From Coniocarpon cinnabarinum (taxonomy: Eukaryota): DNA of 20,000 bases. Within the stretch, counting starts at the first letter, position 1, and the number at the start of each line of letters is the position of its first letter. The stretch is from assembly GCA_051942205.1 (NCBI GenBank), contig JAVECO010000051.1, forward strand, positions 108,851-128,850, in the 5' to 3' direction. This document shows positions 1-8,528 of the stretch, piece by piece. The position numbers and the translations under genes are program-made. Under the pieces are notes generated by a model that was given only the letters and a program-made list of their open reading frames with translations, was not told the DNA's origin and made no database searches.

Positions 1-615
1 CGGCCTCGGTGGCCTACCGCCTTGCAATCTCTCGAGCTTTATAATCTGCGCCAGTGGACTTCAGACGCCGCGGAAAATTTCTTCATGTCCCTCATAGATT
101 CGGCTCACGAGTTGTCTAGCTTGCGATATCTTGTCATCAAAGCGATTCTGGACATCAGCTGGCGAGATCGCGCAAATTTTCGAGAAACTTGGATAAGCTC
201 CTTGAAGGATGTATTTCTGCGGAACTCTCCAGATCCAGACCCCCGGCTCGTGTCACGACGTGCGTTTCGTGAGGCGGGACCGTTCAATAGAAGTCATGAC
301 GGGTGCACCCTTACGGCAGAGACACCAGTCCGCAGCGTCTCTGCTGAGCCGGCGCTTGAAGGCAGGGCACGGCGAAGTACACGTATCCAAACGTACACGT
401 CACAAAGAGCCGAGCAGGCAGAGGAGGAGTCGAGTGATGACGATTGCGCTGTCGTGCCCCGCCGGGCCTGGAAACTGCCTTCGAAGCCGTTTATTCAGGG
501 CCTTTGTGAAGTCGTGGATATCAGCATTGACAACAATCGACCAGGCGAGGTTCAGTTTCACGAAGAGGACTTCCTGGACACTGATCCAGGCGAGGACGAG
601 GAATGGGTTGAATGA
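1..615 (+). CDS. 3' end (5'-truncated by the window) of a conserved fungal hypothetical protein, LRR-domain-like
   Basis: Frame 1 is open from base 1 (RPRWPTALQSLELYNLRQW...) to TGA at 613-615. It has LxxLxL-type segments (LQSLELYNL, LSSLRYLVI) and an acidic C-terminus (IQGLCEVVDISIDNNRPGEVQFHEEDFLD...EEW). The resemblance to Pezizomycotina 'leucine-rich repeat domain' proteins is from memory only. Confidence 0.6.
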   Translation, partial: RPRWPTALQSLELYNLRQWTSDAAENFFMSLIDSAHELSSLRYLVIKAILDISWRDRANFRETWISSLKDVFLRNSPDPDPRLVSRRAFREAGPFNRSHDGCTLTAETPVRSVSAEPALEGRARRSTRIQTYTSQRAEQAEEESSDDDCAVVPRRAWKLPSKPFIQGLCEVVDISIDNNRPGEVQFHEEDFLDTDPGEDEEWVE

Positions 616-1722
616 TCGAGACGATATTGAAATCATGAAATCGAGGAGCGAATGAGTATTTGCATATAATTTATATCTCAATCCAAAAGGATCAAGCGTG
701 GCAGTAATTATAACAGTATTAACATCGGCACAAATGCTAGTTTCGCATCTGACAATTTGCGAAACTTTCTAAAAAGCAAATCGGAAGCCTGCAACATGTT
801 TCCGTGTGTGAGATGACTGATCAGGCCGATTGAAATGGACGCAGAGCTATAGAACCGATCCCAGAGACGCTTTAAAGCAAGACCTTTGACCTGAACGATT
901 GACATGTGAATATGCTCTACGCTAGTCAATCAAGCCTAGATATATTTATTCCTGCATTTTTGTTAACCTGTGTCTACATCAGCAAATTTGCAGACCCGGA
1001 TACTGTTCTGCCAAATTTCGGATGATGAAGTGCACTGCTGGTAATTGTTCATTGAGCAATCACCTGAGGCCAGTTGCTGTTTGCGATTCAGGTGCGTCAT
1101 TCAGTCACTTAAGCGACTCGGCTGCTAACATACTCGAAGGGATCGTCCATGCGACAGGGACAAGCGCTCAGCCAAGGCTCCAGACATTGGAGAAAAATTA
1201 AAAAGTGTACCTATGTTTATTACAGTAGCCTCTATATAGCGCTATAGCTAAGTGGGAAGTTGGAGAACCAACAGGACCATCACGCGCGAGCAACGGAATT
1301 CCGAAATCAAGGAAATGTCAAAAGTCGTTTGCATTCACTACCGACGTATGACGTCGACTTATGATCTAAGTCGCGCACGTTCCATTGTACAACATGGACC
1401 CTCGTGTACAACGAACAAAGACGCAATTGGATGTTGAAGGGAAAGAGATCATAACAACCGCACATCTGTGTTGACATGGGCATTCATTGCTCGTCAAGAG
1501 AACGTGTAAGAGCTCGACACAAACGCATGGTTGTTTTGAGAGCCCAGCGGCTCTGCCGACTATGAACAGAGACGACCAGATTTCAATGAAAGACCGCAAC
1601 GTGCCCTTCAATTGTGCTTGTCTTGGAATAGATGCAGCTCGACACCCTCCATTCTCAATACCGGTGGAGAATGTTTCCACACCGAGATGCCCGATGAATT
1701 ATGCATGTCATCTTGATAGTTC

Positions 1723-2031
1723 TCACACTAATGAGAAGCCTGGGAAGCAGCATGGCTTCTTCAAAGAACACCACCAGTCACGGGAATGGAGATCAGGCTC
1801 ATGATCCTTGTCGCTTCCCAGTTGTTTCGTCAACCCCGCAGCTTCAGACTCTGCGCATAGATAGCAATCGAATGTTGACTCCTCCACAAAAGTGTATGGA
1901 GATAGATCCCGGGGGCAGATCTCCAATCGATCAGGGTTTTCCATACAGTAAATGGTGTCGACTTGGTAAGCGACACCGATCGGCCTTCCGCACGAACGAC
2001 ACACCAGCTGTTTGTAGATAGCTTGACACAT
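1723..2031 (-). CDS. Small Met-Cys-initiated Cys-rich protein, copy A (102 aa), putative Zn-binding
   Basis: ATG at 2031 gives MCQAIYKQLVCRSCGRPIGVAYQVDTIYCMENPDRLEICPRD...FDCYLCA. Cys at 2, 11, 14, 29, 39, 56 and 59, a pattern shared with three neighbours. No signal peptide. Confidence 0.65.
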   Translation of the reverse strand: MCQAIYKQLVCRSCGRPIGVAYQVDTIYCMENPDRLEICPRDLSPYTFVEESTFDCYLCAESEAAGLTKQLGSDKDHEPDLHSRDWWCSLKKPCCFPGFSLV

Positions 2032-2617
2032 TTCGCTGAGCCTCAATTCACGGGCGGTTTCGGAGACCTCCAACGTATTAGAAAGCATTCTTTGTGGTCT
2101 TCAATACCTGACTCACTTTTCCACTGGATTTCAGTCTAACGATACAGAATATCTGCAGTGACCTGCACAAGCCACGTTGGCTCGAGTTTGGCCAGGGATG
2201 CTGGACGAGCGTCAGAGTGGTCGACATGATTGCCACGCGCCAGAACGTATGGCGAGAGATCACTCACTAATTCTATAGGCCGTTTCAGTCTACTAGATCA
2301 TTGAGCGACTTTTCGAACAAGGCAAAGCCGGGCTACGGACCTTAATTATAATTATGTGTACTCAGTATGGCCAACTGACGCCTATCACCCAGAACTTAGT
2401 GGTTGATTGGACCAGTATGGGAAGAAGGAGTGGGCATGGACAAGACTGCCATGATGGTAAATCATGCAAGAGAAAACAGGTTCCTCCGTAGGACAAGAAA
2501 CCCAACCATAACAAACGCAGGTCTCACTCTCACAAACTACTGACTCTCCAGCTATGGCGACGAAGTGAGGCCCCTCGTCAACGCTAGATTGTCCCTCAAA
2601 GGATGTACAATGCTCCG

Positions 2618-2881
2618 TCAGTCAAGTGGCGAACTCTGCAGCCAAAGTCTACGTTGGGGATATGTCTTCGTCGGGTCCTTGTTGCTCTCCATCTGCAACC
2701 GTGCACAATGATCACAAAGTCTTGTCTCATGATGATGCAGGTGGAGCATTGGTGTCGAACGGACACCTGTACAGGATCCTTAATTTTTGCGCGAGCACTC
2801 CAAGTCTTTTCCGGGCTTAATGTCTGAGATCTTTGTATCGCAGTCTCTGCAGATGATCTGATGTTGCGTATGCCAGCACAT
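2618..2881 (-). pseudogene. Met-Cys Cys-rich family copy B with one in-frame TAA (codon 34, 2780-2782); pseudogene or recoded gene
   Basis: Manual translation: MCWHTQHQIICRDCDTKISDIKPGKDLECSRKN*GSCTGVRSTPMLHLHHHETRLCDHCARLQMESNKDPTKTYPQRRLWLQSSPLD*. Cys at 2, 11, 14, 29, 37, 56 and 59; six of the seven sit at the same positions as in copy A. Confidence 0.7.
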
Positions 2882-3648
2882 TCTGTTGAGCCGACTAGGA
2901 AGACAGTTGCGTGTGTCAGAGGCCAGGACACTGCAAGCAGCCGCCTAATGTGAGCACAGCGTCGATGGGTCAAATTGATAAGAGTCGACACACCAGGAAA
3001 CTAGATCGTGATTATGAATGCAAGTAAGCCGATTTTACCGAAATACGAAGGTGGCCACGGGTTACCTATCGCATGGATTTCTTGGTAGTGTCAATTTCTA
3101 TCTTAGTCTTTATTGAAGAAAAATCTTGAAGAAGTAGGTTGCTGACTATAAGAAAGAGAAGCAGAAAGCTTGGAAATTTGCCACAGATGCTACGAAAATG
3201 CCAATGAGAAAGAGGTCAGTGACGTCCTCCGACCTCGTTTGTGTTGCCCAGTAGCCTGCGACGCTGACTTGCCACTTGGATGCGCATGACGCCTCAATTA
3301 CCACAGACACGGACTGCGCGAGCCCCCGAGGCGAGTAACGATACTCATTTGCATACCGACTGACGTCAGGCAATCGCAGTGAGTTGCACATGGCTGCGTC
3401 TGTATGCTTCATAATCTGAGACAGATCTTCGGCACGCAGAGACCAAATTGTGAGGGTGCCTGGAGAGTCTGTTTGACTTCGTTTACGTCGAACGCCTGTC
3501 AGCTGCCTGTGCTCTTCCTTTTTATGGAGCCGTCAAGTCATTCAAGGGATCATGTTTTGGACTGCCCTAATCGTAGAGTAGAAAGTTCTGCAAACCCGTC
3601 TACCTGCGAGACGGACGCTTACCAGCGCTTTGAACGTCGACTCGCCAG

Positions 3649-3933
3649 TCAAGCAAACGGTGCATGCGGCTGAGTAAGGAAGCGGATAAGTAGGCCGCCC
3701 ACTGATGGAATATGATCATTGTTCGAGGCATCAATGAAACAGCAATCAAGAGGATGATGCAAGAAATCACGCCTTTCTAGGGGCTGAGTAAAGTAGCGGA
3801 TAAACGAGCCGAGCGCTGGTGAAACAAGATGATCAGTCAAGGCGTGCGTGAAACAGCAAACAGGAAGATGATGCAAAGAGCCAGTCTCTGTTCGGAAAGT
3901 AAAGGAATCAATTGTGTAGTGCACCCTGCACAT
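3649..3933 (-). CDS. Possible 94-aa Met-Cys-initiated ORF built from the 114-bp duplication (LHHxxxCCF...DH...IRxxTQP twice)
   Basis: Open frame across both repeat units, same strand as the MC array. It lacks the family Cys pattern, and substitutions between the two units are mostly non-synonymous in this frame. Confidence 0.25.
   Translation of the reverse strand: MCRVHYTIDSFTFRTETGSLHHLPVCCFTHALTDHLVSPALGSFIRYFTQPLERRDFLHHPLDCCFIDASNNDHIPSVGGLLIRFLTQPHAPFA
3668..3878. repeat. Diverged tandem duplication, period 114 bp, 2 copies
   Basis: GGCTGAGTAA at 3668 and 3782, followed in both copies by AGCGGATAA, TGAAACAGCAA and GATGATGCAA. Confidence 0.85.
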
Positions 3934-4060
3934 TGATGCTGTGCCAGCTAATGAACGTCATTCCGTTGTCGGAGGAGTAACAATAGAAGAACGCGCTACG
4001 CAATCCACGCCCAGATCCATACCCATTATTACGCCTTACGGTCGGTAGCGACAAAAAGCA

Positions 4061-4414
4061 TCACCATTCAAAGATCTTCCGGGCGTTGGGGTCGGCCTCG
4101 TAATCCTTCTTCCACCCAAGCCAATCTGGACTGTACACTGTGCCAGCTGAGCTTGAGTTGCTAACGACTATTTTGCCTTCCTGGCAGTCTTTGCAAGGGC
4201 TCTTCAGTGGTACATCGAACGCGGCTCTTCCGTTTGAATCCCAGTTTGGGCAGCTCTGGCAATCCAAACCTGGATTGTTTTCTTGCCTTTTGCGCTCACT
4301 AAAGGCAACGCATTCGTAGATACCGCGTCGGATGTTGGTTATCTCGCCGTGCCAATTGCAGTGATATTTGTCTTTGTTGGGGCAGTATGGACGTTCACAT
4401 GAAGGACAACACAT
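4061..4414 (-). CDS. Small Met-Cys-initiated Cys-rich protein, copy C (117 aa)
   Basis: MCCPSCERPYCPNKDKYHCN...YEC...CPNWD...CKDC. Identical to copy D at 19 of the first 77 positions without gaps, including YCPNK, CPxWD and C74xxC77. Confidence 0.75.
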   Translation of the reverse strand: MCCPSCERPYCPNKDKYHCNWHGEITNIRRGIYECVAFSERKRQENNPGLDCQSCPNWDSNGRAAFDVPLKSPCKDCQEGKIVVSNSSSAGTVYSPDWLGWKKDYEADPNARKIFEW

Positions 4415-5125
4415 GATTGAGTGCTCGTTATAGATGCGTTCCCAAGATCGGGTGTTCTATGTCGTTCAATCACTAAGACATAAAGAGTAGTTAGCAATCG
4501 CAGTACTGAACGCTCGTCAAGCCAAAGAAGCCTACCAATTGATAGCAGTTCCTCGAAGCTTGGACAAGGACGTCTCGAGGGTGCGCAAGCACAAGCATCT
4601 CGGAAATATCTAAGCATGAGGCCCAAGCCTCGAGACTTTGTATTCTCCTGGCCGGCTTGTGTTTCAAGCATTGCCTTCTCCCAATTTTTTGATTGTTGAG
4701 CGACTCCGGTATCCCCACCAATTGGTCATTGGTACCTTTCTATGTGTAGCAGAAACGCGTTTGAGCCTCCACGCCATGTTGAATTGATTGGCGCAATGCT
4801 TTTGCCTGTCGGAATATGAATCCCAGCTTAGTCATTGTCAGTGTGTTAGTTGCAAACGCTTCTTTGTTGGGACTCGACTTCCGCGAGTATGCGAGCAATG
4901 GTGGCGGTGATTTCATCATCGACTCGACGTCGCCGGCTGTGGACCCGCACGCTCGACAGTGAGCTGCAAGGGCACTGCATGACGACCCGCGCTCGATCAG
5001 TGCTGCGCATGCGTGTGTTCCATACGCTTATTGGCGGACAGACACGCAAACATGCCTTTGTGAACCGAGTCAAATATCTTGCTATTTACGGGAATCGTTC
5101 AGTTTGTAAAACCATCGTAGCGGCA

Positions 5126-5204
5126 CGTGACAGCTTATGTCGAGTATAGTGATGTCTTCAATGCCTCGTGACAGCAACTGAACGACGGCAGGGCTCTTCA
5201 ATGC
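5126..5204. repeat. Imperfect short tandem repeat, period about 40-41 bp
   Basis: CGTGACAGC at 5126 and 5167; TCTTCAATGC at 5155 and 5195. Confidence 0.5.
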
Positions 5205-5649
5205 AATGGTTGGTAACAGTCGTAGCGTCCATGACAACCTTCAGGCATCCAGGGCGATTTCGAAACGATCTTACGCTATGCCTTGCCATGAGTTGCGCGA
5301 ATTGTCTTCCGATGTCAAGTTAGATACAAAACCTGTAGAGAATTCCAAGCCAAAAAGCCCATGACGTGATTCGGAGAAGCAACGCAGCTGGAACAGGTAC
5401 AATGGCAAATGAAATTCATTAAAGCTCCTCAGCATGGCTATGCTCACTAGCGCTAGATTTCAGAGACCGCTGACACTTCTGAGACCCCACTCAGGGATCT
5501 AGCACATGCTGTCGTGGTTGCAAAGGCCAACAATGTCTTGCGCTCCGACTTTGAGGCGGGCCCGGAAGAAGTCAAGCTGAGCGGTCGCCCATGACGACAA
5601 TGCGAGGTATACATCGATAGTAGTGTCAATTCCTCCCGGGCTTGCTCTG

Positions 5650-5922
5650 CTAAGTGGTTCGGCGACTCTCAAAGAAACCTGGCTTTGGCTTGCATCTCCC
5701 GCATTTAGTGCTACTCTCCATGTCTTCCGCCCAGCGGTGATCAGGGTCCCAATCAGGGCAGTCTTCTGGCGTCATCGAAGGGTCTTCTTTCTTCAACTCC
5801 TCATATTTCGAACAGTATTTGTACTGGTCAAGTTCCTGAGTGTACTCCCCCATGAGCTCGTTGCATGGTGGATTGCCCCACTTATTAGGGCAATATTCGC
5901 GAAAGACCTTCGGTTGGCACAT
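5650..5922 (-). CDS. Small Met-Cys-initiated Cys-rich protein, copy D (90 aa)
   Basis: MCQPKVFREYCPNKWGNPPCN...YC...CPDWD...CGRC. Cys at 2, 11, 20, 37, 55, 74 and 77; clear paralog of copy C. Confidence 0.75.
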   Translation of the reverse strand: MCQPKVFREYCPNKWGNPPCNELMGEYTQELDQYKYCSKYEELKKEDPSMTPEDCPDWDPDHRWAEDMESSTKCGRCKPKPGFFESRRTT

Positions 5923-6660
5923 GATGATTTGAGCTGTACTTCAATCTTTGCAGTAGCGACAAGTGGTCCAAAGGAAGTTAAGTAGACTTGAGATGTTATG
6001 GTGGCTGACGATCAAGAGGCACATCAGCTTGAATGAAGCTCTTTGTGAAGACATGCCGTCTTACCGTTCTTGAGAGGCCTCGAAGTCTCTTGCGTCACTG
6101 CTGTGTGGCTGAGAAAAGTCTTCTTCACTGCAGAAACTGTGTTTTGCAACAACAGCAGAACTGATCATTGAGGTGGAGATCCACTTGGCTTTATATTTAC
6201 AAGCCATGAGGACATCGCTGCCAAATTCTGGCTGAACGTCACCAAGCTGCCTTCAGTGTAGTTGTTCGCATGGCTTGGATATGCATGCAAGTTTGTCTTA
6301 TGACATCGAGCAAACTTTCGAGTTCCCTGCATTTCTTGCGATGCACCCTTCTCGGTTTGTCTTGTTTGCTGTGACAAGGTTGATACCGGAGGGTGTATTA
6401 CATTGACGCAAGTCATGACGTCTCTGATCGTTCCAAGGAGGAATTTGATGCTGAATGCTTACCCTTCTTTATCAGTCTTATACTAGGTTTCCTTCGGGCA
6501 CAAAATGGTACGACGAGGTTAGTATACATACAAAGCTGCAGGTGTGTGTAATGTGTCACTTCCTGATTAAGGTCTTCTTACCCAAACAAAGGCTTTCGAA
6601 TCAAGGTCTCAATCTGCAAATGGTATTCCAAACATAAAATGCGTATCTTGGCACATGCAA

Positions 6661-6688
6661 GCTCCATAGATGCTCCATAGATGCTCCA
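6661..6688. repeat. 11-bp tandem repeat (GCTCCATAGAT, about 2.5 copies)
   Basis: gctccatagat gctccatagat gctcca, read directly. Confidence 0.8.
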
Positions 6689-7087
6689 CTGACGTTACTG
6701 TAGTCCATAGAGGCCTGACATGCAATGAACAAATATTGTGGCTATGACTAACTTTCTGCCGTGAACTGGGCTCGTCGCTTTCATATCTGTGTCTCTGACT
6801 GAAATGACATCGTCGAAAGACAAAGGCCCAATTTTGAAAACGTCTACAGGGCAAGTAGGGCGTGCATTTACATATTGGAGATAGGCCCGCGCCATACTCA
6901 ATTGTGTAGAGACAGCAGAGGCATTGAGGGTAGAGGGATCCCGCTGCTTGGAAATTGTATTCAGACTTTACTCTCCCTGGGCAAAGTAGCCTGAGCGAAG
7001 GCGTGCTTGAAGCTCCAAGATCTCGAAGCTAGCTAGAGGGAGGCAGTTGATATCGGTCGGTACAATTTTCAACCGCGCTAGAGAAAT

Positions 7088-7097
7088 ATCACGTGAT
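7088..7097. promoter_or_regulatory. Palindromic E-box ATCACGTGAT upstream of GGC1 (candidate bHLH site)
   Basis: Perfect 10-bp palindrome about 190 bp upstream of the GGC1 ATG, matching the Cbf1-type RTCACGTG motif; TATATC near 7172. Confidence 0.35.
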
Positions 7098-7286
7098 GCA
7101 AGTTAGCGCGCTTTTGCGCTTAGCGCGCGTGTGTGTCCATTGTACCTAGCTTCGATGTCCGACGGGATTTCTATATCATAACCAGACGAACTGCAACACC
7201 TACCCAAAGACGGGCACACACCTCAGCAGTGCCCTTCTGCGCAGCGGATCAGTATCGATTGCCGAGACAATTACAAAACTCCAGCA

Positions 7287-8528
7287 ATGGCTCCAGCAGC
7301 GGCGCTAGCAAGCACTGCTTCTGCGAAGGATGTCAAAAGGGAGTCTGCGGCTTCGCGATTGACTGGAGCTGGTGAGTGTTATGTTCAGGAGCTGTAGCTT
7401 CAAGCTGACAAACATGCAGGCGCTGCGGGTGTTTCAGAACTAATCATTTTCCATCCGGTACACCATGTGGCATCTCTCATGTGAAATTTAACGCTTATAT
7501 TAAAAAGGTGGACACAATCGCAAAGCGCCTCATGAGCAATCAGGGAAAGGTCGGTCGTGCATTTATGCAGCGCCTCAGTCAGTTCTGGGCTTATACTACG
7601 CAAGGTCACCTCTGTATCTGCTTTCAATAAAGTCATTTTCAGAGATACAGCCACTTCTGGACTCGGGACCCGCCTGTTGTCGCTCTTCCCCGGCTTGGGA
7701 TATGCAGCAGCGTACAAGGTCAATCCCGCCTTGACAGATATTATCGTGCGACGACTCACGCAGAACAGGTGCTTCAGCGGATTTATAAATACGGAGGCCA
7801 GCCATTTGTACGAGACTTTCTAGCGAAGAACTATGGTGATAACTTCGATCGCACCTTTGGGAAAGGAAACGGCAAAGCAATGATGTCGGCTTTCTCAGGC
7901 AGGTAAGAGGTTGACATCAAATGCACTCCATGCGCATGTGTTTACAAAGACGTAGTCTAATAGGCGTCGGAGAGGTCGTACTGCTGCCTTTAGACGTTTT
8001 GAAGATCAAACGGCAAACGAATCCAGATGCGTTCAAAGGTCGAGGCATATTCAAGCTCGTTGCAGACGAAGGGTTTGGTCTTTACCGTGGTTGGGGCTGG
8101 ACCATGGCTCGAAACTTTCCCGGGTCTTTCGCAGTACGTAAAAAACGGTCACCTCATTTACAGTCAGACAGCTATCTAATCACATGCTGAAGCTTTTCGG
8201 AGGCTCAGCGGCCACAAAGCAGTATCTTTTCAAACTTAACGACTACAGTCAAGCCACGTGGAGCCAAAACTTCGTTGCATCCGTCGCCGGCTCGTCTTCT
8301 TCCATCCTTGTCTCTGCGCCTCTCGATGTCATTAAAACGCGCATCCAGAACCGAAATTTCGAGATCAAAGAGAGCGGCTTCAAGATCGTTGGCAACATGG
8401 CGCGCCAAGAGGGGCTGACGAGTTTCTTCAAAGGCTTGACACCAAAATTGCTGATGACCGGACCTAAGTTGACATTCTCTTTCTGGCTGGCTCAAACTCT
8501 AATACCCATTTTCAGCAATTATTTCTAG
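7287..8528 (+). CDS. GGC1: Mitochondrial GTP/GDP carrier (SLC25 family), 308 aa, 7 exons
   Basis: Exons 7287-7371, 7420-7457, 7508-7549, 7605-7718, 7769-7902, 7956-8133 and 8193-8528 join in frame (927 nt). Three carrier signatures: PVDTIAKR, PLDVLKIK, PLDVIKTR. Ggc1/Yhm1-typical segments SLFPGLGYAAAYKVLQRIYKYGGQP and KGLTPKLLMTGPKL. Confidence 0.93.

Noticed and set aside
1307..1465. Short MC-initiated frame (-), MCGCYDLFPF..., and the overlapping Cys-rich ORF 1366-1680
   Set aside because: Cys spacing does not match MC-x8-C and there is no terminal CxxC.
3146..3391. Met-Cys start at 3391 (-), MCNSLRLPDVSRY..., as a decayed fifth copy of the seven-Cys family
   Set aside because: Fitting the pattern needs a C>S change, frameshifts and several stops; this is overfitting without an HMM test.
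4846..5073. Minus-strand fragment ...HACAALIERGSSCSALAAHCRACG... resembling the family's C-terminal half
   Set aside because: No Met-Cys start, upstream stops, and the wrong C-to-CxxC spacing (6 instead of 16-18).
6609..6656. ATGTGC at 6656 (-), MCQDTHFMFGIPFAD*
   Set aside because: Stops after 15 codons and no further Cys pattern follows in that frame.
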